Shown: positions 1-8,900 of the stretch, one piece after another
How the letters are laid out: every line of letters begins with the position of its first letter
How positions within the stretch are numbered: the stretch's first letter is position 1
DNA from: Spirochaetia bacterium
Lineage (GTDB): Bacteria; Spirochaetota; Spirochaetia; UBA9216
Assembly: GCA_963675665.1 (NCBI GenBank)
Contig: OY776510.1
Location: 960,001-1,024,000 of the forward strand
Length of the DNA stretch: 64,000 nt
Direction of reading: 5' to 3'
Notes under the pieces: model-generated
The model's database searches: none
Seen by the model: only the letters and a program-made list of their open reading frames with translations
What the model was told of the DNA's origin: nothing
Program-made: the position numbers and the translations under genes

Positions 1-1866
1 GAGTCCGTTACAGGTGGTAGTGTTAAAGAAACTGTTAGCTGACAGCAAGGGCGTAGTCGTGAGGCTGGGTCTGAAGGAAGCATGAGGCAAATTTCCGAAC
101 CGACGAACAGAAATCACATATAAGGCTTTATCAGTGGACGAGTTTGCTAAAAGTGACGAAATCCGCACTACAACTGATGAAGTAAATGTGGCGGTTACAT
201 GGAAGGAAAGTCATTATCCTTAACGGGGGAGGTCTCATGGACGTCTTAGGCTGCAATATCGCTTATTATAGACGGAGTAAAGCTTGCCATGAGAAGTCAG
301 CAGAAGCCATAGTAGTGATGAGGAAACATCATGAAGGGCTGAACAATCAAATACCTTTCAAAGCGGAAAGGCCTACCTGATAATCCGAACGACGAAAAAA
401 AAAGTCTTCACAGGGGATAATTCAGAGTAGAAAGGAACACATGAGAAAGGACGACAAGTTAATACCGAATACCAATCTATGCGAACAACTGATTTCCCCT
501 GCAAATATTCAGGAAGCTGTCAGAAAGGTGATGGCAAATAAAGGTGCCTGTGGAGTGGATGGAATGGGAGTAGAAGAACTCCCGAAATACTTCGAGGCGA
601 ACTATCCTGAAATATGCAGGCAGATTTTGAGCAGGAAGTACAAACCAAAACCAGTACTGCGAGTAGAAATACCAAAAGACAACGGGGGCGTACGACTTCT
701 GGGGATCCCCACGGTAATAGACCGTGTAATCCAACAGGCTATGGTTCAGGTTTTAACTCCGGTGTTTGAACCGACTTTCAGCGACTTTAGTTTTGGGTTT
801 CGACCGAACAGAAGCGCAGAAGATGCGGTTCGACTCGCCCAGACCTACATGTCCGAAGGATACACCCATGTAGTTGATTTGGATTTATCCAAGTTCTTCG
901 ACACTGTAAACCATGACATCCTAATGAGTTTGATAGACAAACACATGGACGATAAGGACATCAGGAGGCTCATCTACGTATTCTTAAAAAGCGGAGTGAT
1001 GACGGATGGAAGTATGATGGCCACAGCCTTGGGAACACCTCAGGGGGGACCGCTGTCTCCACTACTGTCAAATATTTATCTAACCCCGTATGACAAGGAA
1101 TTGGAAAAGCGGGGATTACGTTTTGTCAGGTACGCAGATGACTGTAACATCTTCACAAAGAGCAAGAGGTCTTCTTACCGGGTGAGAGATAGTGTGAAAA
1201 GCTATCTTGAGCGAAAATTAAAACTTAAAGTGAATATGGAAAAGACAGAGGCGCGAAAAGCCGCGGGCTCTTCCTTCCTCGGATTCACCTTCTTGACCTA
1301 CGGGAAACAGGAAATATTAGGAATAGTCTATCCTCAAAAGAAGAAACTTAAGAAGCTCGAAGACCGTATCAGACTAATTACCCGACGTAACAGAGGAGTA
1401 AAGATTGAAACGGTTATTAAAGAGCTTAACAGCATGTTCAGAGGATGGATAGGATACTTCGCAAGAAGCTCCATGAAAAACTACCTCGAAAGGTTGGTGG
1501 AGTGGACAAGAAGACGCATTCGCCAATATCTTTGGAAACAGTGGAAAACCGGAAGGAATAGAAAACATCGTTTGAGACAATTAGGCGTTAGTGATTCTGT
1601 TCTGAGCCATTGGAAACTTGGAAGCAACTCTTATTGGAAAATGGCCGGTGTTATGAATCCTCTGTTGAAGAACGATATAATTCATAATCACTTTGGGTTG
1701 TTAGATGCTCTGGATTTCTACAAGAAACTCCATACGAAACGCATGGAGGCTGATCGGGTGGTACTTGATTTGAGGTACCACAGTCTATTTGGTTGAACCG
1801 CCGTATACCGAACGGTACGTACGGTGGTGTGAGAGGCAGAAATTTATTGATTTCTGCCTACTCGAT
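1..1866 (+). mobile_element. Group II intron, class C (IIC); 5' end lies just upstream of the window
   Basis: Domain V AACCGCCGTATACCGAACGGTACGTACGGTGGTGT (~1796-1830) with CGC triad; domain VI hairpin AGGCAGAAAT..ATTTCTGCCT with bulged A1860 and terminal CTCGAT; DI-DIII-like motifs in 1-360 (GAGTCC, TCTGAAGGAAGC, GTAAATG, GGAGGTCTC, GAGAAGTCAGCAGAAGCCATAGTAG, GAAGGGCTGAAC); encloses an RT ORF. Confidence 0.95.
441..1796 (+). CDS. ltrA: Group II intron reverse transcriptase/maturase (no endonuclease domain)
   Basis: NKGACGVDG, RLLGIPTVIDRVIQQA, DLSKFFD, GTPQGGPLSPLLSNIYL, RYADD, maturase GWIGYF; RBS AAGGA. Confidence 0.97.
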   Translation: MRKDDKLIPNTNLCEQLISPANIQEAVRKVMANKGACGVDGMGVEELPKYFEANYPEICRQILSRKYKPKPVLRVEIPKDNGGVRLLGIPTVIDRVIQQAMVQVLTPVFEPTFSDFSFGFRPNRSAEDAVRLAQTYMSEGYTHVVDLDLSKFFDTVNHDILMSLIDKHMDDKDIRRLIYVFLKSGVMTDGSMMATALGTPQGGPLSPLLSNIYLTPYDKELEKRGLRFVRYADDCNIFTKSKRSSYRVRDSVKSYLERKLKLKVNMEKTEARKAAGSSFLGFTFLTYGKQEILGIVYPQKKKLKKLEDRIRLITRRNRGVKIETVIKELNSMFRGWIGYFARSSMKNYLERLVEWTRRRIRQYLWKQWKTGRNRKHRLRQLGVSDSVLSHWKLGSNSYWKMAGVMNPLLKNDIIHNHFGLLDALDFYKKLHTKRMEADRVVLDLRYHSLFG

Positions 1867-2223
1867 TAGCAGTAATTATTAAAATATTTGATATACTTCC
1901 GGGTGTAAAACTGCCCTGCGGGGTTGACCTTTTTAAAAATTAAACAGCGGGATTCATGAAAGCAACAGCATCTATAGATGAATTGGTAGATATCGCCAAT
2001 GCGGGAGTGGATGCCATAATTGGAACAACTCTTACATCAAAACTTGTCTTCATAACCGATGTCACTAATTAATATTATTTGAATAATTATTTATTAAATA
2101 TCAGCCCGGGTTTTGTCCATTTATATAGCAATGGACGATCTATACACCAGAATTATTTATGATTTTACATATTCAGAAAAGAAACCCGCAATAGCGGGGA
2201 GTTTAGAAATAATGGAGAATTAT

Positions 2224-3057
2224 ATGGAAAAGACAAAAAAGAATAGAATCGTGTTAGCATATTTTCTGGTTACCTTTCTTGTGTCCTGGGCGGGAATAAT
2301 CGGCGTTTCTTTTTTTCTTGGTATGCCGACAACCAGCGGCATATTCGAAAGCTATGGCCCCTTGGCCCTGATCCCGTTCCTGCTGGGTCCATCCGTGGTG
2401 GGTTTTATTACCGCCGGCCGGCAATATGGTATAGATGGCGTCAAGGAAATCCTGGGCCGTCTGGTTAATTGGAAGATAAGGTTTAAGTGGTATCTTTTCG
2501 CTGCGCTGACGGTTCCCGTGTTTATAGCAGCCTGGCTGCTGCTGTTGAACCTTCTGTCCTCTGAGTACGTACCCCGATATTTCGTTCAAAACGATAAAAT
2601 GGTATTCGTTATAACAGGCATACTCACCGGGCTGATCGGTGGAGGCCTTCTGGAAGAATTGGGCTGGACAGGTTTCGCTACCCCGCTGATGAGAAAAAAA
2701 TGGAGTGTATTGAAAACCGGACTGATTCTTGGATCTCTCTGGGGCTTGTGGCATTTTCTGCCGGTTTATTGGGGAAGCGGTGATGAGAACGGAGTAATTT
2801 CATGGAACCAGTTCCTGCCGGGGCTTTTCAGCCACTATGCTGTATTGATCCCGTTCCGTGTAATCCAGGTCTGGCTGCATGAGAAAACTAAAAGCCTTGT
2901 CACATCGGTGATTTTCCATTCAACTCTGACAACCTGTGCCCTGTTTCTGTTCTCTATCGACAACGAAGGAGTCCCCGTACTTATCTACTATGCCGGCATC
3001 GCGGTTTTTCTGTGGACGATTGTCGGTATTCTGTACAGGAAGGGTCAATTGAAATAA
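2224..3057 (+). CDS. CPBP/CAAX-family intramembrane glutamic endopeptidase
   Basis: EELGWTGF, WGLWH and H motifs, multiple TM segments; ATG 2224 follows GGAG. Confidence 0.88.
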   Translation: MEKTKKNRIVLAYFLVTFLVSWAGIIGVSFFLGMPTTSGIFESYGPLALIPFLLGPSVVGFITAGRQYGIDGVKEILGRLVNWKIRFKWYLFAALTVPVFIAAWLLLLNLLSSEYVPRYFVQNDKMVFVITGILTGLIGGGLLEELGWTGFATPLMRKKWSVLKTGLILGSLWGLWHFLPVYWGSGDENGVISWNQFLPGLFSHYAVLIPFRVIQVWLHEKTKSLVTSVIFHSTLTTCALFLFSIDNEGVPVLIYYAGIAVFLWTIVGILYRKGQLK

Positions 3058-3092
3058 TCATGGAAAATTTAAAATATTACAGAGGTAAAAGA

Positions 3093-3923
3093 ATGAAAAC
3101 AGTATTAGTGATTTCCGGCAGCCCGAGAAAAAAAGGGAATACCATGGAAATCATAAAACAAATAGAAGAGAACGTTCAAAAACAGGATTCCTCGGTACAA
3201 TTTGATTACACTTATTTGATCGATCTTAATCTGAAATTCTGCAGAGGATGCTCCCGATGTCTCACCCTGGGCGGCGACGCCTGCCCCATGAAAGATGACA
3301 AGGAAAATTTGCTCGACCGGATGCGCCGGGCCGACGGCCTGATTTTCGCATCGCCGGGATATTCCCATATGGTTTCGGCACTGTATAAGAACTTTATGGA
3401 TCGTTTTATGTACCTGGACCATCTTCCGGAATTGATCAATAAACCGGCGCTGATCGTGTCCACCACAGGGGGAGACGGGGTTTCCGGGGCTCCTGATTAT
3501 ATGAATAAGAAATCGGTTGTATGGTGGGGCTGTAATATCATCGATACCATCGGTGTAGCCCACGTTTTTTATAAAATTAACAGCAAATACAATAAAAGAA
3601 TAAATAAGCGACTGAGTAAAGCGGCCGGACGCTTCTTAAAAATCATGGACATCGAAAAGGAACGGAAACCGACCTTTAATCAGTATATGTGTTTCAAGAT
3701 GAACCAGGCGGAGCTGGTTATTTCTCCGGACGTTATGCCCTACCGGACCAGAATGTGGAATGAAAAAGGCTGGATGAATCAGGAATATTATTACCCCGTG
3801 AAAATCAACCTGTTATACCGGTTTATAGGAAACATACTGGTTCGAATGTCGGCCGTTATCTACCGGATAATGATCGGAAAGGATATGTCCGGGAAGATGC
3901 GGAGATATTTATTGGAAAATTAA
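3093..3923 (+). CDS. Flavodoxin-family / NADPH-dependent FMN reductase (iron-sulfur flavoprotein-like)
   Basis: GSPRKKGNT, CRGCSRC...CP, ADGLIFASP; ATG 3093 follows AGAGG. Confidence 0.88.
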   Translation: MKTVLVISGSPRKKGNTMEIIKQIEENVQKQDSSVQFDYTYLIDLNLKFCRGCSRCLTLGGDACPMKDDKENLLDRMRRADGLIFASPGYSHMVSALYKNFMDRFMYLDHLPELINKPALIVSTTGGDGVSGAPDYMNKKSVVWWGCNIIDTIGVAHVFYKINSKYNKRINKRLSKAAGRFLKIMDIEKERKPTFNQYMCFKMNQAELVISPDVMPYRTRMWNEKGWMNQEYYYPVKINLLYRFIGNILVRMSAVIYRIMIGKDMSGKMRRYLLEN

Positions 3924-4032
3924 ACGGTTGAATTAACAAGTGTGTAAATCGGGTAACAGGGAAGGTCTTCCCGGAAAGGATTATCCGGTTATGCATAACA
4001 TTTATTTACTTAAAAAATTCAAGGAGTTGAAA

Positions 4033-4530
4033 ATGAATGCTATTAAGAAAATGACAGGAATAGCTTTGGTGATGATGATCTTGTTCTCATGCGCAACGAA
4101 CAAGCAGCCGGAATTAGTCGGGGATATTCCCCCGGAACTGGAGGAGAAGCTGGTGCGTCAGGACGGGCACATTCCCTATTATTTCCCCGAACGGGTTGAA
4201 TTCGGAGATCTGAGTGACGGGACCTATCTCGGAAAATTATCAGGCGAGTTCATCGACCGGGGAAAGGTAAATGTCACGGTTGAGAACGGCGTAATCACCG
4301 ATGTGAAGATCGGGAAGATTACTCTATGGGCGCCGGATGTCCGGAAAGAGCATAGAACAGATGAAATAGATGTAGGGTTGCCGCAACAGGTAATCGATCG
4401 GCAGTCTCCTATGGTAGACGCAGTTTCCGGCGCCACCGGAACAACCCATGTGTTCAAGATCTGCGTTACTCGCGCCCTTTGGCAGGCTGCGGGGAAAGTT
4501 GATCCGATGGAAGCCTATTCTCCCTATTAG
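4033..4530 (+). CDS. FMN-binding domain lipoprotein
   Basis: Lipobox LFSC; DGTYLG, VTVENGVITDV, flavinylation motif VDAVSGAT; ATG 4033 follows AAGGAG. Confidence 0.85.
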   Translation: MNAIKKMTGIALVMMILFSCATNKQPELVGDIPPELEEKLVRQDGHIPYYFPERVEFGDLSDGTYLGKLSGEFIDRGKVNVTVENGVITDVKIGKITLWAPDVRKEHRTDEIDVGLPQQVIDRQSPMVDAVSGATGTTHVFKICVTRALWQAAGKVDPMEAYSPY

Positions 4531-4628
4531 GGAAAGTAAATGTTTTACAATCCTTATCGGGTCCTGGAAAGACAATAGTCCGGAAAAGACCCGATAAATT
4601 TTATAAGACGGAGCCTGTTGAGTCACAA

Positions 4629-5375
4629 TCAATTCTCAGTATTGGAGATTTGTCTCTTTATTGCGTCTTCATTGGCGCTTAACTGTTCTCTCAATATTCG
4701 GGCGGCTCTTTTCCCGTCTTTGTCCTTTATTGCGTCGAATATATCGTGGTGAGCACTCTTTGCGTCTTCTTCAGTGAATACGCGGAAATCCGTTTTTTTC
4801 AGGCTCTCCAGGATAACCTCCCACAGAACATTGTAAAGCGCAATGAGAATATCGTTGCCTGCAATATCAAAAATCGTTTTGTGAAACCTGATGTCGTAGT
4901 AGATAAATTTCTCACGATCTTGAGCTTCCGCAGCTTTTTCCATTGAAGAAAGGATATTTCTTAGTGTCTGCAATTCTTTTTCTGTATGTTGAGAAGCGAC
5001 TATTTCAATGATAGACGGTTCAATAATCTTCCTGACTTGTATGAGTTTTAGTATTAAATCTTCTATATCGCTTGAAAATTGAAGGGTCGTGCTGAGGGTC
5101 TCAAGAAAGCTTCCGTATGCATTATTAACAAGGAAGGCTCCTTTGCCGTGTTTGATTTCTACCAGGCCCCGGGCTTGAAGAATCTTTAGAGCCTCCCGGA
5201 TACTTCTGGAACTTACCCCGAGCGCTTTTGACAACGAGTTCTCCGACGGTAATTTATCCCCCGGCATCAGGTTGTTCTTCTTGATATAATCCAGAACTAT
5301 CACACTGATTCTGGTTGGCAGGTCTGTGAGATGTCTCAACTGGAAGTCGCCTGAAAGTTCGACTGGATGTTCCAT
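4629..5375 (-). CDS. GntR/FadR-family transcriptional regulator
   Basis: PGDKLPSENSLSKALGVSSRSIREAL HTH; FCD domain DIRFH; ATG 5375 follows AGAGGGG. Confidence 0.93.
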   Translation of the reverse strand: MEHPVELSGDFQLRHLTDLPTRISVIVLDYIKKNNLMPGDKLPSENSLSKALGVSSRSIREALKILQARGLVEIKHGKGAFLVNNAYGSFLETLSTTLQFSSDIEDLILKLIQVRKIIEPSIIEIVASQHTEKELQTLRNILSSMEKAAEAQDREKFIYYDIRFHKTIFDIAGNDILIALYNVLWEVILESLKKTDFRVFTEEDAKSAHHDIFDAIKDKDGKRAARILREQLSANEDAIKRQISNTEN

Positions 5376-5408
5376 AATACCCCTCTGATTAATGTAACTA
5401 TACAATTT

Positions 5409-5437
5409 ATGCTATACATGAATATCAAATTTGTCAA
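5409..5437 (-). promoter_or_regulatory. Putative sigma70 promoter of the gntR gene
   Basis: TTGACA-17 bp-TAGCAT on the minus strand. Confidence 0.55.
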
Positions 5438-5464
5438 GACTCCAAACAAATGTCACATGTATTC

Positions 5465-5492
5465 TTGACACTTGACATAAGTCGTGTATAAT
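5465..5492 (+). promoter_or_regulatory. Sigma70 promoter of TRAP operon 1 with TGACAT operator-like repeat
   Basis: TTGACA-cttgacataagtcgtg-TATAAT; near copy at 8845-8872. Confidence 0.8.
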
Positions 5493-5646
5493 GATGAGCG
5501 GGATTTACGTTAATAGAGAAAGGGTACAGTAAAGCGAACAAACAATTCGGCTATTTTTACTATCCCGCAGAGCAACGCTTCCATTGCAGAAAGCAATAAC
5601 GATAATCAAGCCGTAAGGCATGATATAAAAAAATGGAGGACATTTT

Positions 5647-6690
5647 ATGAAAAAAATTCTTTTTATGCTTTTAATGTTGGCTGTGACAGCGTCATTAATG
5701 GCAGGAGGTACAAAAGAGCATGCGGAAGACTCCGGTACTGCCGAAGCCGCAGAGGCTCATGGTAATCCGGTTAAGTTAACCGTAACCTTATCCGCCGTAT
5801 CCACGGATACTCACGCGAAGGCGATGATGGAGCTTAAAGACTACGTGGAAAAATCGTCGGGAGGAAACATTATAGTTGACGTATACACCGATTCAGCTAT
5901 TTTTACGCAGGCTGAGGAAGTGTCGGCAGTAGCTATGGGCGACGCGGATATAACCCTGACATCGCCGTCCTGGCTTGCCAGCGGTTCCCCCTGGGAATCC
6001 ATGTTTACCGCCGGGTATCTGTTCAAGAACTACGACCATATGACCGCGGTCCTGAACGGCGACATTGGTAAAAAAGCGTTCCGGACCATAGCAGACGAAC
6101 AGGGGCTATTGCCCCTGGGTGCATGGTACCTCGGCTCCCGAGTGGTCTCGCTGAAGGACGATATTGAAGTAAAAACACCAGAAGATATGGCCGGTATTAC
6201 GCTGAGAATGCCTAACTCGGAGGCCTACATGTTCCTCGGCACCGCGTTGGGCGCCAACGTGACCCCTATTGACTTTTCAGAACTTTATCTCGCCCTGCAG
6301 ACTGGTGTCGTCGATGGTCAGGATAACCCGTTGCCGACTGACAAAAACGCCAGGTTCTACGAGGTACAGTCCTGTATAATTTTGACAAAACATCTTATGG
6401 ACTCCGTATGGCCCGCGATTAACCGCGATACCTGGAACAGTATGACAGAGGCCCAGCAGAAGATTCTGATGGAAGGCGTTGAAGCCGGTCGTCGGTACTG
6501 CGACGATACCAATATCGCAATGGAAGCGGAACTCGTCTCCTTCTTTGAAGAGGAGGGCCTGCATATATATTATCCCGATGTCGATGCATTCCAGGCCTAT
6601 GCCCTCGAATGCTACCTGAACAGTCCCATCTCCGACAGCTGGGATATGGACTTGTATAAGGAAATTGTCGATATGGCCGCGAATTATTGA
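5647..6690 (+). CDS. dctP: TRAP transporter substrate-binding protein
   Basis: Signal peptide, LRMP conserved Arg, ELYLALQTGVVDGQDNP. Confidence 0.95.
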   Translation: MKKILFMLLMLAVTASLMAGGTKEHAEDSGTAEAAEAHGNPVKLTVTLSAVSTDTHAKAMMELKDYVEKSSGGNIIVDVYTDSAIFTQAEEVSAVAMGDADITLTSPSWLASGSPWESMFTAGYLFKNYDHMTAVLNGDIGKKAFRTIADEQGLLPLGAWYLGSRVVSLKDDIEVKTPEDMAGITLRMPNSEAYMFLGTALGANVTPIDFSELYLALQTGVVDGQDNPLPTDKNARFYEVQSCIILTKHLMDSVWPAINRDTWNSMTEAQQKILMEGVEAGRRYCDDTNIAMEAELVSFFEEEGLHIYYPDVDAFQAYALECYLNSPISDSWDMDLYKEIVDMAANY

Positions 6691-6718
6691 TAAAACCTTT
6701 CTCGCATTATTGAAATCT

Positions 6719-6775
6719 GCGTTGTATTGGAGATCGGGAATAGCCGTTGATGTCATTCCCGGACCCAATACAGCG
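6719..6775 (+). other. Intercistronic stem-loop after dctP (possible mRNA stabiliser)
   Basis: GCGTTGTATTGG..CGGGAAT / ATTCCCG..CCAATACAGCG complementary arms. Confidence 0.5.
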
Positions 6776-6816
6776 TATCCGCCTTTTTACCGACTACGAT
6801 TAAACGGAGAAGCTGT

Positions 6817-7422
6817 GTGACGTTATGTAAAAGAATATTCTTTTTTTTACGGGACTGTGTGGAGAAATATATCCCGATCGGTACTTTTTGTATCATGTTC
6901 ACTGTTTTCATAATTCAGGTGATCTGTCGTTATGTGTTGAAAAGCCCGATTACCTGGGCATATGAAATTACTGTCAGCTGTTATCTGTGGACTGTCGTTC
7001 TCGGCGCATGTTACACACAGCGCTGCAGGAGCCACGTCTCTTTTACTCTGGTATACGACAAGCTTGGTGTAAAGGGAAAAGCTGTTTGCGCTTTTCTTGG
7101 TGATGCTCTTATAGCATTTGCATTCGGGGTGCTGATTGTCCCGACCTGTAATTTTGTGTCACAAATCAAAATCCAGAAGACCAGCATTCTGAAAATCGGT
7201 CTGGATATCGTCTATGCCCCGATTGCGGTGTTTGTCGTCATCATTTTTATCTATATGCTTATTGATATGTATCACTGTTTCATGGTCTTTACCGGACTGG
7301 GCGGCAATGCGGCTGTCGCAAGGATGCTGGCTGAAAACAGGAATGAAGTAGAAGAGACGATTGAAGCCTCCGAAAAAAACTACAATGAAATCGACAAAAG
7401 AAGCAGGGAGGCGGCAGAATGA
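6817..7422 (+). CDS. dctQ: TRAP transporter small permease
   Basis: QVICRYVLKSPITWAYE, 4 TM segments, lies between dctP and dctM. Confidence 0.92.
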   Translation: MTLCKRIFFFLRDCVEKYIPIGTFCIMFTVFIIQVICRYVLKSPITWAYEITVSCYLWTVVLGACYTQRCRSHVSFTLVYDKLGVKGKAVCAFLGDALIAFAFGVLIVPTCNFVSQIKIQKTSILKIGLDIVYAPIAVFVVIIFIYMLIDMYHCFMVFTGLGGNAAVARMLAENRNEVEETIEASEKNYNEIDKRSREAAE

Positions 7423-8720
7423 GTATCAGTTTTGCCCTTCTGGTTTTCTTTGTGATTTTTATACTCATTTTTATCCTCCGCATACCGATTCCCATAGGAC
7501 TCATGACAGCCTGCGTCTTTTACTTCCTGATCGCCGGCGAACCCGTAAAAATGGTGTCTCAGCAGACGGTCAAGACCTTTTACACGAATTTCACAATTGT
7601 TGCCGTCCCGCTGTTTATTTTTGCGGCCAATATCATGAACAGCGGTAAGGTCACGGATAAGGTGTTCGGTTTTGCAAAAGGGTTTGTGGGGCACGTTAAG
7701 GGCGGACTGGGACATGTGAATATTCTGGCCTCGCTGGTGTTCTCCGGCATGACCGGGTCCGCCATAGCTGATGCCAGCGGTCTCGGTAAAATGGAGATCG
7801 ATGCAATGCGGGCAGAGGGGTATGACGACGGATTCAGCTGTGCGGTTACCGCAGCCTCCGCAACGATCGGTCCCATATTTCCGCCGAGCATACCGATGGT
7901 CATATATGCCATGCTTGCGGGGGTGTCCGTCGGGGGCCTGTTTATGGGCGGGATGGTGCCCGGGATTCTGCTTGCGGCAGCGCTGATGGCCTACGTCGCG
8001 TTTGTTGCCCACAAGCGCAATTACCCGAAGAGTGAAAAAATTAAACTGAAACCGTTTTTGCGTTTTACGCTGACCGCGCTGCCTGCTATTATTACGCCGG
8101 CAATTCTTCTTATCGGTATTTATGCCGGTGTAATGACGCCGACCGAGGCCGGCGCCGTTGCGGGCTTCTATGCTCTTCTGATTTCAGTTTTTGCCTACCG
8201 GGTTATAGGCTGGCGGGACTTTAAAGAGGTGCTTGTCAATACAGTAAAAAGTACGGGTTCCGTTTCCCTGATGATAGGTGCCGCTACCTGTATTTCCTAT
8301 ATAATCGCTAAAGAGCACATAGCGACGGACCTGGGTAATTTCATCCTTGGAATAACAAGCAATCGGTATGCTTTCCTGTTCATCATCAATATCGCACTCC
8401 TGCTGCTGGGAATGTTCATTGATACCTCAGTCATTCTGGTTATATTTATTCCCATTGTGCTCCCGATAGCTCAGGCATATAGTATCGACCTCATCCACTT
8501 TGGTCTTATTGTCTGCTTTAACATGATGATCGGTCTTTCCACGCCGCCGTTCGGTATGCTGCTGTTTATTACCAGCGGGATCTCGGGCACGCCGCTTAAA
8601 GATGTGATCAGGGAAATCTGGCGGCCCTTGATTGTCATGCTGGTTGTTCTGGCCCTGATAACATATTTCCCGGATATTGTACTGTTTTTGCCTAGAGCGC
8701 TAATGGGTTATTCCGGATAG
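7419..8720 (+). CDS. dctM: TRAP transporter large permease
   Basis: AVPLF, SGMTGSAIADA, IFPPSIP, TPTEA, TPPFG. Confidence 0.96.
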   Translation: MSISFALLVFFVIFILIFILRIPIPIGLMTACVFYFLIAGEPVKMVSQQTVKTFYTNFTIVAVPLFIFAANIMNSGKVTDKVFGFAKGFVGHVKGGLGHVNILASLVFSGMTGSAIADASGLGKMEIDAMRAEGYDDGFSCAVTAASATIGPIFPPSIPMVIYAMLAGVSVGGLFMGGMVPGILLAAALMAYVAFVAHKRNYPKSEKIKLKPFLRFTLTALPAIITPAILLIGIYAGVMTPTEAGAVAGFYALLISVFAYRVIGWRDFKEVLVNTVKSTGSVSLMIGAATCISYIIAKEHIATDLGNFILGITSNRYAFLFIINIALLLLGMFIDTSVILVIFIPIVLPIAQAYSIDLIHFGLIVCFNMMIGLSTPPFGMLLFITSGISGTPLKDVIREIWRPLIVMLVVLALITYFPDIVLFLPRALMGYSG

Positions 8721-8844
8721 TGTGAAAAACCAATAATCTGTTCCCGGATAGAAGGGCCAGGTTGATACCCTGGTTGTTTCAGCGCCAGGATTTTTTTCAA
8801 ATTACGGATTTTTGTTTAAAGATAATAATGGTAACATTAATCTC

Positions 8845-8872
8845 TTGACACATGACATATGTATTGTATAAT
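8845..8872 (+). promoter_or_regulatory. Sigma70 promoter of TRAP operon 2 with TGACAT operator-like repeat
   Basis: TTGACA-catgacatatgtattg-TATAAT. Confidence 0.8.
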
Positions 8873-8900
8873 TAGGTTAAAGATTTTTATGGAGGAAAGA

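Noticed and set aside
186-380. 64-aa ORF upstream of the RT
   Set aside because: Lies within structured intron domains I-IV; likely a spurious frame
441-1796. RT as part of a retron, DGR or CRISPR-associated system
   Set aside because: It is embedded in clear group II intron domains; no template/variable repeat pair, msr-msd or cas genes are present
1860-2110. Intron inserted in an integron attC site (3' exon starts TAGC, resembling GT/TAGC)
   Set aside because: Predicted EBS1 is UAAA/AAAA rather than the ACAA expected for attC-targeting IIC introns; no cassette array, attC repeats or integrase seen
5498-5630. Structured 5' leader of dctP1 as a riboswitch
   Set aside because: Hairpins are present but match no aptamer consensus I recognise, and there is no terminator T tract
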